A DNA stretch of 64,000 nt, counting the filler, from Bigelowiella natans CCMP2755 (Eukaryota; Protista; Cercozoa): assembly GCA_000320545.1 (NCBI GenBank). It is 13 parts of 13 records of this genome, joined end to end, with 100 filler letters (N's around TTAATTAATTAA, not from the genome) between each part and the next. Parts side by side here need not be neighbours in the genome. Positions count along the whole stretch, not along the records: positions 24,270 to 28,151 come from ADNK01002496.1; positions 28,252 to 30,331 come from ADNK01002297.1; positions 30,432 to 46,272 come from ADNK01003349.1; 10 more parts are not named here. One strand, given 5' to 3'. Below are positions 24,325 to 37,904 of this stretch, piece after piece. Position 1 is the stretch's first letter. Each line of letters starts with the position of its first letter. The position numbers were made by a program, and so were the translations under genes. The notes under the pieces are model-generated. The model made no database searches. It was given only the letters and a program-made list of their open reading frames with translations, and was not told the DNA's origin.

Positions 24325-26834
24325 CTCCTGCATTGGCCGCACGATCCGCACCTGCAAGTAAGTAGGGAGCGCTGAGAACAAAGGACCCGTCGCACAAGTG
24401 TAGAGTACCGCCCCCCCCTCGCATACTAATGATATGCTGCTGCTGCCGCTGTTTCTATGAGCGCTGATCTAAGCTAGTTTGTTGTTGTCAAAACCTGCAC
24501 GAAGTCCCTCGCTGATATGGGTCCAACTGGAGCTCCTACCGCATGGGTCACGTCCACATCGACGGAAAGCTTCCGAACGACTCTGTTTCACCATTATCAA
24601 TAAATATTCCCATCATCCTCACCACCATCAATCACCATTGCAACATCTCCGGATCATGAAGAAACAGCTTTCTGCTTCCAACCCCCCCGGCCCCCTTCTC
24701 TCTCACGCGGACACACGCACACACCTATATTCCGTGAGCGATTTGTTCCACGAGGTGGTGGCCTTCACATCACTGAGAAGGTAAAACAGCTTCTGTGCGC
24801 TCGCATTTACAAGGCCCATGGCTTTGAACGCCTTGACACCGCCTGGAGATCGGAGGAACAACACGAGCAACGTACAAATTATCAGATGATCTCTCCAGTA
24901 ATAAATAATACAAGTGGATGTAGAAGTGAATAGCAGCGCTGCTGCTACATAGTCCACGGTAGCATTGCTATGAGTATCGTGCTGGAGAAAGTACACGATG
25001 ATCTTCGCATTAGTTGTTTTGATGATGTTGTTGTTATTATTAGTTCTGGGGTTTCCTCACCGACTGCTTTCTCTCGTTGCCATACTCTCACAGCTGATGC
25101 AGCTTCCCCTGTCTTCAACTTCCAGCCCTTATTCGATAAGGTCCAGCTCCAAATCTCGTCCACAGCCTTTTCCCCAGCAATAACCCACCTATTTTTTTCG
25201 GGTTGGTGCGATGTACATTTACGAGTTCTTATGAGCAAACCAGCTGGCGTTTATGAGAACGTCGCTTCCGCGGCCGAAAGAATTTATGCAGCAAAGATAA
25301 CAACAACAATAACAACAACAATAACAACACATTATCATTACCGCTCCTCCTCCTCTGTCAATTCCTCCTCCTCCTCCTCCTCCTCCTCTTCCTGTGATTC
25401 TTCTTCCATGACTCCCCCGTTGTCCTCTTTTCCATCCTTCTTCTCCTCATCGTCATCATCATCTCCTGGGAGTCTCTTAACGTCGCCAGCAGCGACTGTT
25501 CTACCATTATTCACACCGTCCTGCATGCGTATACTCTTCCTTCTTCTCTTCATGCGCTCAAAGAGGCCGCGCAGCCGATCGAGGAATATGCTGAAAAAGC
25601 TTCCCGGCTGCGCCCCCGCATTCTCGGTGGATGAAGACGACGGTGAACGGGCCGCTTCCGCCGCCGCCCGGACGGCAGCTTTCTTTCGCATATTACTGCG
25701 CTGAATGGCCACGAGAAGTAAGATGAGCGTCAACGTGAAGGCCAAGGAACCTGCAAATTATTAGACGGCTGCTAAATGTCTTCTGTTCTTGCAAGATACG
25801 AAATAACTGCGATTCTTTCTTGGTCTGTTGGTGTATTATTGTTGATGTTGATGATGATGATGATGATGATGATGCTGTTGTTGTTTCCACGTTGCAGCAT
25901 CGCTGCTGCTCATCCCTTCGTTGTTTTCGTTTTTGTCTTTGTTGTGTTGTTCGTTGTTGCATTTGCTGCTCCTCGTCGATGTGTGCGTAGACATGCTGAT
26001 TCGAATTTGCCTTACAGCTATCACCATTATCATCATCATCATCATAATCAGATTTCATTGTTGGCGTAGCAGCTGACTCACCGGCAAACACGCCGACAAA
26101 ACAGCCTGTTGGAGACAGGAGAGATGAAAGGAAAGATGACGAAGAAGACACAAAAGAGAGGGGAGGGGAAGAGGGGAGTATCAGATCGTATTTCTTCGAA
26201 GAATAATAATAGTACTGTTTATTGCTATTATTGTTTTCTCTAACCCCCACCACCACCATCATCATCATCATCCTCAACAACAACAACAACAAGCAGCAGC
26301 ACCACCACCATTAGCCACCAACCGTGCCAGAAACCCTCAGCTATTCGGATGCCCGTGTGCAATGATACGGTGTCGGAATAGCGCCACAGCACTAATGATG
26401 ATGGTGATGATGATGATGATGATGATGATGATCATTCTGCAAGAGTGAATGCACGTAGAAGATCACGACGATCATTGTAAACTATTATCATCATCGTTTT
26501 GCCAACGGATATACTCATGATTTATTCATAGTTGTTGGTAGATTTGAAGAGGAGGAGGAGGAGGAGGAGGAGGAGGAGGAGGAGGAAAAGGGGGGAGGTT
26601 AGGAGTAGGGGAGATAGTAGCAGGTGGTAAGTAGGCAGATCTGGCAGTTGAATGAATGGCAGCAAGGCTGCTGTGATTTGTCCTCACTACTGGTGCTACC
26701 ACTCCTACCACTACTACTACTTTTACTACTATACCACTACTACTATATATACACGTACGGGTGAGAATCGATAGCCATATCATCATGGCCGCGACGAGGA
26801 TGGACACCACACCGAAATCACCTATGATGATCTT

Positions 26835-26878
<44 letters not shown>

Positions 26879-27690
26879 CACGCACGCACGCACTTGAGTA
26901 TGAGAACATTCATTCAAGAACGCATAGATTACCAGCAGGAACGAAAAAGAATATAATACAACTATGCGGACCAATGCCATACGATGCACATGCCTCCCCT
27001 CACTCCCCCCTCTCTCTTTGTGTTCTGTATATGATATGCGGCTGCCTCAACCCCGCTCCCCCCCTTTCACAGTTTCCATTGATATGCAGGCTTCTACTAC
27101 CAGGAGATAGGTCACTAGCATGTCCTCCGCCGCACGCCCCCGTCCCTTATTGTTGCTACGTCTTTTCCGATACAAACGACGAAGGGTGTGGTGGTGATGA
27201 TGCTGCAGAGCCATGCTACCCCCCTCTTCCTTACCATCGTCACCGTAGTTATCGTCAACGCTAGCATTGTCGGAGTTCTTTGCTGATGCAACGTCTGCGG
27301 CGCTGATACCGCCGTTTTCGCTCCCCTCATCCACTTTGCCGTCGCTGTTGTTTGGGCGAGCGATGAGGGAGCTTTGGGTTGGATCGTTGTCTAGGTGCTT
27401 CTGTGCATCACCGACTGACGAAATAACGGACGACAAGGACGAGGGTGTGATGGATAAATGAATATACATTTGTTATGTGTGAGTATAGATACGTTGCTTA
27501 TGAATATCATCTTACGTGTACGCGCGTGTGTGTGTGTGTGTATGTGTGTGTGTGTGTGTGTGTGCGTATGAATGTGCCTCCCAATCGCGATGATGGTGTA
27601 AATTGAAATTCCTACCCGCACTCTTATCATAGCACGCGAAACAGGAGCGCGCGGGCATCGTGGGATGCAGCGCTGTTAGTACCTTGAACC

Positions 27691-27722
<32 letters not shown>

Positions 27723-27776
27723 ATTAATTCATTAATTTTCGCCTCCTCAAGTATTTCTCTTTTATACATCAAGTTA

Positions 27777-27812
<36 letters not shown>

Positions 27813-28004
27813 CTGGAGCACACATCGCAGAAGATGTCACCGCAGATACGGCAGTGATGCTTTCTCCAATACAAATTGAATGAGCGTCTGCAGTGAGCGC
27901 ATGTGTTTCGCGCTTCATCCTTCACCCAATTATGCTACATATTACAACGAAGTCGTCAAAAGGACGATCATGCAATATGATGATTGTGTAAATCTCTTTC
28001 CTCA

Positions 28005-28047
<43 letters not shown>

Positions 28048-28122
28048 GGGCGGGATATTTTCAAGACTCACAGCGATGGAGGCTCGATCAGAAAACTTTG
28101 TGCTCCCTCCAGCGGGCTTGCG
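24270..28122 (-). CDS. FYVE zinc finger + multi-transmembrane + START lipid-transfer domain protein, partial
   Basis: FYVE: NWVKDEARNTCAHCRRSFNLYWRKHHCRICGDIFCDVCSR|...RSCFACY. TM exons: MALVRIVVLYSFSFLL, IIIGDFGVVSILVAAMMIWLSILT, GFWHGCFVGVFAGSLAFTLTLILLLVAI. START: KGWKLK...VRVWQR|GGVKAFKAMGLVNASAQKLFYLLSD...WNKSL|...GPISARDFV. Confidence 0.75.
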
Positions 28123-28151
28123 CTATACACAGACAAGAACAACGATGAGGA

Positions 28152-28251
28152 NNNNNNNNNNNNNNNNNNNNNNNNNNNNNNNNNNNNNNNNNNNNTTAAT
28201 TAATTAANNNNNNNNNNNNNNNNNNNNNNNNNNNNNNNNNNNNNNNNNNNN
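28152..28251. other. Artificial contig spacer
   Basis: N44-TTAATTAATTAA-N44. Confidence 0.97.
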
Positions 28252-28375
28252 CCCCCCCCCCCCCCCCCCCCCTTTTTTTTTTTTTTTGGATCCGAAGATA
28301 ACAATGGAAGAGTTTGCCCAACGACAGCAGCAGGAGGTCGAATTATCATGGATTGACAATGATTTTGGTAGGAAG

Positions 28376-28419
<44 letters not shown>

Positions 28420-28439
28420 GCTCATACACGCGCGCGCAC

Positions 28440-29718
28440 CTGTAGAAAGAGCTACAAATCCGAGGAAGTGGCTCCTCCCTCCGTTCCACGACATCGTGCT
28501 TAGGACGATGGTTTTCTACACCACCACCAGCCAAAACCAAACAAATCACTTCATCATCATCATCGTCAGCAGCAGCAGCAGTGACTAAGAATGGCTACCG
28601 TCGTCGGCCATACACGCAAGGATCTAGTAGCATTGCTTCATCGAACGACGTTGTGTATGTGTGCGCGTGTGCGTGTGCGTGCGCTGCACATATCTAACAA
28701 CCGCAACCTATAACTACTACTACTACTACTCCTACTCTCCTCCTCCTCCTACTGCTGCTATGGCTACAACGGCATCAGTACCGTTCATTTATAAAATAAC
28801 TACCTTTCCGGAGAAAGGGCTAACGTCATATACGTTGTTAATTTGGATTCTGAGGACGAAGAAGAAGAAGAAGAAGTAGAAGAAGAAGAAGCGGGAGAGA
28901 AAGAGAGGGGGGATAAGAGAGGTGGATGTCCTGTTAAAGGTTGCAGATGAGAAGACGCAGGGCTGCTGCAGTCAAGTTTTCCTCTCAGTTTTCATCGTTG
29001 TCCACACGGGAGAATTCGGTCTCGCATTGATTACATAATAAGCATCATAGAGGACGATCGTTGACGAACAATCAGAGTGAGCAGCCAAGAAACATCGAAA
29101 AGATGAAGAGTCGACGTACGTCGTCATCATCACCACTATCATCATCCTCGCCCTCATCACCGTCGTAAAACTTTCTCTTATTTTACTTAGCAGCAAAGTC
29201 ATCAATACTCTCACCTCAGGGTGACGCCCTTCTTCAGATCTTGATCGCGTATGACCCTGTACAGCTAATAACCATAATAGTAGTTTTAACAACAACAACA
29301 ACAACAACAACAACAAGAATAAAAGGCATAAATAACATCAACAAAGCCTTCTCGGATCCAGACGCCAGTACGGAATAGCAATGATGATGACGATGATGAA
29401 GATGAGGATGATGATGACATTGAAAGGACACGGTGACAAATAAAGAACGACTGTGTATGAAATGGCAGTTTTCGCCGTCGTGTTATCACATAGCCTTTAC
29501 TGCGCCTAAACGTAAACATATCAGAGGCACCACCTTTCGCGTAACGCTGCTAGTCCCCGGTCGCATCCAGACGATGAATTCTTGATCGTCCACGTTCGTT
29601 AAATTGTAGCCAAAGTACCCCTGTCGCGTCTCCTCTATCTTCACTTTCCGCTCCTAGAGGGGGGTAGCAGGAAGTTGGTGATATTCATTGGGAGAAGGCG
29701 ATGCATACGTTATAAAAC

Positions 29719-29764
<46 letters not shown>

Positions 29765-29978
29765 CTCCCGCAACAACGGTCTTTGTAAGAATAGGACATC
29801 ATCGTTTGTGAGCTTGGAAGAGCAATCGTCGTTCCATCTTCTTCTTCTTCTTGTTGTTCGTGTGCGAGCATTATTAACCTTATATCTCTTGCTGTCTGAT
29901 GGCCAGGCGATGCCATCATCCCCCTGCAAATTTGAATGATTCGTGGGGAGGGGGAGGAAGGATAATATGAATACAAGT

Positions 29979-30040
<62 letters not shown>

Positions 30041-30236
30041 TTCATTTAATACGTATTTGCGTGAAATGTATCATCATATCGTAAGGCTGTATGGTTCGAC
30101 AAAGGACGTGCTTATTACCCATTTATCGCCATCTAATAACGTGCAATTCTCGCTTTGTTGCACCTGATTGATAGATTGATGGATGGGCTGTTGGATCAAC
30201 TTCTTCCTTCTTTTTTTTCCTCCCCATGCATTCATC

Positions 30237-30267
<31 letters not shown>

Positions 30268-30331
30268 TTGTCGTCGTAGTCGTCGCAAAGTTCTGCAATT
30301 GCCTACATACCCGGAGGGAGCTGTACGGGTG
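28440..30331 (-). CDS. CDC50: CDC50/LEM3 family P4-ATPase flippase beta subunit, internal fragment
   Basis: Spliced motifs GIAWPSD, DQEFIVWMRPGTSSVTRK|LYRVI, IQINNVYDVSPFSGK|KTIVLSTMSWNGGRSHFLG. Confidence 0.88.
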
Positions 30332-30431
30332 NNNNNNNNNNNNNNNNNNNNNNNNNNNNNNNNNNNNNNNNNNNNTTAATTAATTAANNNNNNNNNNNNN
30401 NNNNNNNNNNNNNNNNNNNNNNNNNNNNNNN
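30332..30431. other. Artificial contig spacer
   Basis: N44-TTAATTAATTAA-N44. Confidence 0.97.
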
Positions 30432-30464
30432 TCGGCATTCTTATTCGTCATGTTCCTCTCCCAG

Positions 30465-30905
30465 TGCTTGAGAAACGGTTGAGGTTAGAGACAGCGCAGA
30501 TGACACCTCCCAAGCCTGTCGTCAAAAAGGTCGGTCGGTTATTCTCCCCCCCCCCCTCCCAACTTTCACAGCTAATCTACTCTTATCTGCACGAATAGTG
30601 TTGTTGGTAGTTGTCTAAGCAAACTGAATATATCTAAATCATCATCATCATCATCGTCATCGTCATCATCATCATCATCATCGTCATCATATGTGGTTGA
30701 TCATCATCATGGTGGGGCACACACACACACACACACACATACACACATACACACACTAGGTTGTTCTTCTGGGTTCTGGAGGTCTATCGATCGGACAAGC
30801 TGGAGAGTTTGACTACTCAGGCTCCCAGGCGATCAAAGCTCTTCAAGAAGAAAACATTGAAGTCGTGCTGATCAATCCCAATATTGCGACTGTCCAGGTT
30901 GGTGC

Positions 30906-30944
<39 letters not shown>

Positions 30945-33920
30945 AAGTAGTAGAAGTAGTAGAAGTAAAGGAAGGAAAGTGGAGAAGGGAGGGAGAGAGA
31001 GAGAGAAACGGGCAAAACAGCATAGAATATCTATTAGCCTCATTCACACCTCCTGAAGATGACCATTATGACGGTTTTTGTTATTGTTATGACTACGTTC
31101 AGACATCTTCGGGTATGGCCGACCGCACCTACCTGATCCCTATTCTGCCTGAGAACGTCGAGAATGTGATCAAGAAGGAAAGACCTGATGGAATTCTGCT
31201 GCAATTTGGAGGTCAAACGGCCCTTAACTGCGGAATCAAACTGAGGGATCAAGGCATCTTGGAGAAATACGGAGTGGTAATATACTGATTAGTTGTTCGT
31301 TGCTGCTGCTGCTGGTAATGGTGAAGGAACGCTCATCTTTGATCATCATTTTACATTTCATCATGTATACATGACGAGAACAAGATAATGAGCAACCTCT
31401 AGCACCCACCAACAGCACCAATGAGTGGTGGTCGTGATGATAATGGTGATGGTGGGGTGTGCGTGTGTGTGTGGATACGCTGTTTTGTTTTTTGAGAGAA
31501 TGTTGTTGTTTGTATAATCTTTAGGTTGTTTTGGGAACACAAGTGCCGGTGATCGAGGCGACCGAGGACAGGGAAGTGTTTGCGGAGAAGCTAAGGGAGA
31601 TCAAAGAGCATGTGGCCCCGAGCATGATCGCTACTAAGGTGGAGCAAGCTGTGGAGGCTGCAAAGAAGCTTGGATATCCTGTCCTTGTAAGGGCTGCGTT
31701 CGCACTCGGAGGCCTCGGATCTGGGTACTAGTGTAATCAATTATTTGTGCATCATCGTAGTCGTTTTACATCATTAAATATGTTCATACATGTATGGGAA
31801 ACAACAACAACAACAACAATCTGGCATATCTGATTAATACTTCTGTCGTTGTCGTTGTCGTTGTCATTTAGCAAGTAGCAGCACTGAGGTCCTGAGAATT
31901 GACCATTCTGTTACTACTACTACTACTACCTCCTCCTGTGTTAGGTTTGCATCTGATGAGGATGCCTTGATCAAATTGGTCAAGAAGGCCTTGGCAGCAT
32001 CGTCACAAGTGATCATTGATAAGTCACTGAAAGGCTGGAAGGAAGTTGAGTATGAGGTGGTTCGTGACATCAAAGGTAGGTAGTAGATCGATCATAATCA
32101 TCATTATATCCATGATGTTACCAACTGAAAATGGTCATAAGATGCTCTCAAATCTAACACAGACAGCGTTTGTCCATGATTTCTCACGATTTAATGTTAT
32201 TATTATTGTTATTATTATTATAATTACGATTTGCTTCATTGACCCTCCTCCTTCTCCTCCCCCCCTCTCCCTCTTGACCACCGCCATGACCACCACCACC
32301 AGGAAACTGCATCACCGTCTGTAACATGGAGAACTTTGATCCTCTTGGAATTCATACCGGTGATTCCATCGTGGTGGCCCCCTCCCAGACCCTCTCCAAT
32401 AAGGAGTACTACAAGCTGCGTGCGGTAGCGATTAAGGTAGTGAGGCATCTGGGAGTCGTAGGAGAATGCAACATCCAATACGCACTCAACCCAGATTCGG
32501 AAGAATACTGCATCATCGAGGTGAATGCACGGCTGTCTCGTAGTTCTGCCCTTGCATCGAAAGCTACTGGGTATCCTTTGGCCTACGTAGCTGCAAAGCT
32601 TGCTCTTGGCATTCCTTTAACCGATATAGCCAACTCCGTCACCAAGGAAACAACTGCATGTTTTGAACCATCACTTGACTACGTGGTTATCAAGTTCCCA
32701 AGATGGGATATGCGCAAGTTTGCACGGGTCTCAACAGGTACTGCACTATAGTAGTAGTAGTAATTACGGGTTTCAACAGGTACTGCACTATAGTAGTAGT
32801 AGCAGTAGTAATTATCGGTCATGCCATCCATCCATCCATACTAGTGATAGTAGTACCACTAGTAGTAATAATCGGTCATGCCATCCATCCATCCATCCAT
32901 CCATGCCATTATTATGTATTGATGCTGCTGCTGCTGCCGGCTGCTCATGCTGACGCAAGGCTGATATTATGATGCACACACGTAATTTTCTTCACTGCTA
33001 CGATTAATCTTTCTTCAATTGGTGTCGCCATCATCATCATCATCATGATCATCATCATCATCATGATCATGATATCATCGTCTCCATAATAGGCATTGGT
33101 AGTGCTATGAAATCTGTGGGAGAGGTAATGGCGATCGGCCGCACCTTTGAAGAGACGTTCCAGAAGGCTTTTAGGATGGTAAACGGACAAGTTGATGGGT
33201 TTGGTGACATGACAACTGACCAAGCTAGGCCTTTCCGTAAGATGGAGAAGAAGGATCTCGATGATCAGCTGCATGTTCCAAACGATCTCAGGGTCTTTGC
33301 TTTGTCGGAGGCCCTCCTGAGGGGGTATAGCGTGAAAGAGCTGCACGCATTGACACGTATCGACAACTGGTTTCTCTGCAAGCTGGAGAGAATCATCAAG
33401 ATCAACAAGTTCCTCGAGACGCTCAAGAACCCGGCAGATCTGAAACAAATGGCGATGAGTAATAACAACAAAAATCAACGATTAGAGTGTTAGATCACTT
33501 GCAGTAAGTAAATAGTGGTGACAGCAGGCGATTGTTACTTATTAGTAGTAGTAGTAGAGTAGTATGAGAAGGAGAACGAAGTGGTAGTAGAATTAGGTAT
33601 GCTAATCAGATTGACATTACTACAGTAATGATGATCGAGTCATTTATCAATATCTTATTATTACTAATATTATTAAAGGGACCTCGAAGTTGTACGGTTT
33701 CTCTGATCGTCAGATTGCACGATTGATTAAATCCGACGAAAAATCCATCCGCAAAACACGAAAAGAGATGGGAATTGTGCCCTGCGTCAAGCAGATCGAC
33801 ACGCTGGCAGCAGAGTTTCCGGCAAGAACCAACTATCTTTATATGACTTACGGAGGCCTTGAAAACGACGTTCCTCAGGTTTTTTGGGAGAGTGTGAGTG
33901 AATGTATAGATCATGTATCA

Positions 33921-33957
<37 letters not shown>

Positions 33958-34155
33958 CTTGCAGTTGTTTGTTATTCTACGTGGAAAGAAGAAGATGATG
34001 AAAGGATTAAACAATATGTATTATTTGTTAAATTGAAATGCTCCTCCACATCGTCATTTACTGCTATCACTTAGCCTGATTTGAAGCAAGGGGAAGAGAG
34101 CGGCGTTGTCGTGTTAGGTACTACTACCATCCCTCCTTCTCCTCCCACCCTGAAC

Positions 34156-34189
<34 letters not shown>

Positions 34190-34273
34190 CAGCACTCGTC
34201 TCATCAATGCCAATTGCCTGCTGATGTGTATTTACCCTCCGCCCACTCTTTACTTATCATCAAATTGTTTCTT

Positions 34274-34316
<43 letters not shown>

Positions 34317-35202
34317 TATACCAGGATGTGGTGCGTATCGCATCGGAAGCTCATGTGAGTTTGACTGGTGTGCTGTGAGTTGTTTGAGGGCACTTCGCAA
34401 CCTGAACAGGAAGGCCATTATGATTAACTACAACCCAGAAACAGTGTCTACCGACTACGATGAGTGTGATCGCTTATACTTTGAAGAGCTCACTCTGGAA
34501 CGTGTGCTGGACATCTACGAGCATGAGAAGGCCTCAGGAGTCGTCGTGTCGGTTGGTGGGCAAATCGCTAATAACCTTGCCCTACCGCTGCATGCCAGCG
34601 GCGCCAAGATCTTCGGAACGAGCGCAGATGCCATTGACAACTGCGAGGATCGCTCGAGATTCTCGGAGCTTTTGGATCGAATAGGGTCTGACCAGCCTCC
34701 TTGGAAGCAGGTGTGTTGAACACGCAGTGAGAGGGAGGAAGGAACAAGCATCATCAGCATCATTATCACGATCTTGATGATGTTGTAGTGTTGTCATCAT
34801 CATCTCACCTACAACAAACAAACTCGTCCAGGAGACCAATGAATCAATGAATCAATACACACACAAATGATATAGATGGATCTATCCGTTCATGCAAATT
34901 CATGCAAGCATATCAGCAACAATGATAAACCCCCCCACCCATGATGTAGCACTACCAATAATACAAATAATACCAATAACAGGTGACCGACATGAAGGAT
35001 GCTGTCTTGTTTGCTGAAAGAGTTGGATATCCTGTGTTGATTCGTCCTAGCTACGTCTTGAGTGGTGCTGCTATGAATGTAGCCCGCTCTATCGATGATC
35101 TCAAGAACTACATCGAGGAAGCTACAAACCTATCTTCGGAACATCCAGTCGTCCTCTCCAAGTAATATCAACTTACAAATTATCAAGAGAGAGGGGTTAA
35201 TG

Positions 35203-35247
<45 letters not shown>

Positions 35248-36602
35248 GGAGAAAGGAAAAAGGGGTTGTTTCAGAAGAGATATTGCTGTTTACCATCATC
35301 ATCGTAAGGAATGAAGATTTTGAACGGTGTGTAGTAAAGCAGTAAATCGGTGTTTTGGTCTATATATCATGGTATATAACAGCACTACTCAATGATGGAT
35401 ATATTAGGGGCCTTTGCTTTAATCGTATTCATCATCGCCGATTGCTCAGTTGGTCGCTGAATTGACTCAGGTTTATTCAAAATGCGAAGGAGATCGAAAT
35501 GGACGCTGTGGCTATGGATGGACGTTTGATCAACTATGCTATCTCCGAACATGTCGAAAATGCTGGGGTGCATTCTGGTGACGCTACACTCATCCTTCCT
35601 CCTCAAAAACTGTATGTGGAGACTATCAAAAGGGTCAAGAGGATAACCAAGGAAATCTGCAAGGTAAGAGTAGGAGGAGGAGGAGGAGGAGGAGGAGGAG
35701 GAGGAGTTGTCATTTATCCTCTCGTCTAACAATACTACTAGCACCAGAATAGTAGTAAGGGGGGGTGGGAGGAGGTTGATAAGATTTTGACGATAATCAT
35801 CATCATCATCACAATCATGGTTAGATCAATATCTATCATCATACCATTATCTATCTCTTCGCTCACAAATCCTCGTTTTGTTTCCATTCTCTGGTGGTTT
35901 CTATTGGTTCTGCAGGTTCTCAAGATTTCTGGCCCCTTCAACATACAATTCCTATCTCGAGACAACGAAGTCAAGGTCATCGAGTGCAATATGCGAGCAT
36001 CTCGATCGTTCCCCTTCGTGTCAAAGACGTACAACGTAAACTTCATTGACCTGGCAACTCGCATCATGGTTGGGAAGAACGTGAGGCCTAAGCTCATCGA
36101 TCTGGCCGACATCGATCATGTCGCAATCAAAGCACCGATGTTCTCCTTTACGAGACTGCAGGGCGCAGACCCTGTCCTCCGGGTAGAAATGGCGTCCACC
36201 GGTGAGGTTGCTTGCTTTGGAATGAACAAGTGGGAGGCCTTCCTCAAGGCAATGCTTTCCACTGGGTTCAAGATTCCTAAGAATAAGACTTTGCTGCTCT
36301 CCGCTGGACCGCTACATAGCAAGGTTGAGTTCTTGGAGTCCGCTCGAGAGCTGATTAAGCTCGGTTACAAGATCTTCGCTACAAAGAAGACATCAGAGTA
36401 CCTCAATAAAAACGGAGTTAAAGCAACTCTCGTGTACAAGCCCTCGCAGAACCAAGAACCGTCGATTATCACGTACCTCAAGGATGGCAAGATTGACTTG
36501 CTGATCAACATTCCTGAGCATTTTGGACAACAGGAACTAACCGATGGCTACAGGTATTATATTGATAACACAGCAATAACACACAACAACGTGCTAATAT
36601 TA

Positions 36603-36638
<36 letters not shown>

Positions 36639-36848
36639 TAACCCTTGTTGAGAACGATTATATTCGCATTGAGCCTCATTTATCATCATCACAGGATTCG
36701 TCGTACTGCAGTGGACTTCAACGTCTCGTTAATCAGCAACTTGAAAGTCGCAAGTTTGCTTGTTGCTTCGCTTGTCTGGCTTGAGAAGAATCCAACCAAA
36801 TTTGAGATGACGTGCTGGCAAGATTACATGCAGGAACTTGGAAATTGA
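30465..36848 (+). CDS. carB: Carbamoyl-phosphate synthetase, synthetase (CarB-like) chain, 14 exons, probably 5' partial
   Basis: [115 protein letters not shown] and the MGS-like domain [15 protein letters not shown]; stop at 36846-36848. All junctions checked are GT-AG and in phase. Confidence 0.96.
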
Positions 36849-37049
36849 GGAGTCATAGTTGTTCTGGCTTACAAAGCATAATAATGGGTAGTTTGCAAAA
36901 TATTATAAGAATGCATGCGAAAAAGGAGTCACTCATGGTGATTATTCCACATAAGTTCGATCTCATAAGAAGACAATTTTGTACATAATGACGACAATTG
37001 GCATCGTGTAGACTGCCCTAACATGTGTGATGGGATAGATTAACATTTT

Positions 37050-37740
37050 GTTTGCGCCGGTGTAGTTGACAATGGTGCATCATCATCTGGATCATCCTAC
37101 TAGCATGTGCTTACTATTATTATCGAGCTCTAGTGCGCCGCGGCACGCCATACCAGAGATCGATCTAACGATGGCGACATCTAGAGATGTATCGTAATGA
37201 AGCACATTAAATTTATTGTCATTACGTCGCCAGATGATCTATTGCCATATGTGCAAACTAAAATGATGTCGTAGATGGGATCCATGCATGCGCATGCACT
37301 GCTAGACTGATGCAGACTTGCTCGAGCATAAAGTCTTAAAAGTTTTACGCAGTCATGCAAGTCATAGCAAGGCATGCTAGCATGCTTGCATTGCTAGATT
37401 ATAATTATATATTGCGAGCTACGCTATTACGCTGCTAGCGAGCGCTAAAACGCGTCATTTGCGCTCGGCTTGTGCATTTATAGTAACGTGCAACGCGCAT
37501 CGTTTAACTTTCATTAAGAATGAATAACGATCGAACAAAACATCCCATAGAACATGCATGACATGAGGATGAGTAGCTGATCGTATCTAGCTAGCTAGCA
37601 TCGCTAGATCGCTAGATCGACTCAGGCCAGATATCTAGATGAGTGCGATGTGCATGCGCACACCCATGTAGCCATGCATGCTATACACACATGTGCATGT
37701 GGCATGCTAGCATGCACAAATCTTGAAATAGCGCTCAGAT
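37050..37740. other. Palindrome-rich intergenic spacer between convergent 3' ends
   Basis: GCATGCTAGCATGC at 37372-37385 and 37702-37715, CTAGCTAGCTAG at 37587-37598, plus many ATGCAT, GATC and CTAG. Confidence 0.55.
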
Positions 37741-37873
37741 AGGTGTCAACCTGAACCATAAGTTTACAACACTAGAACAACCGGACTTACACTGCGTTTC
37801 ATGCTACGTTAAAAGAAAACTTTGGCACGGTTACTACACAGTTCAGCAAGTCATTGTCTACATATTTATAAAC

Positions 37874-37904
<31 letters not shown>

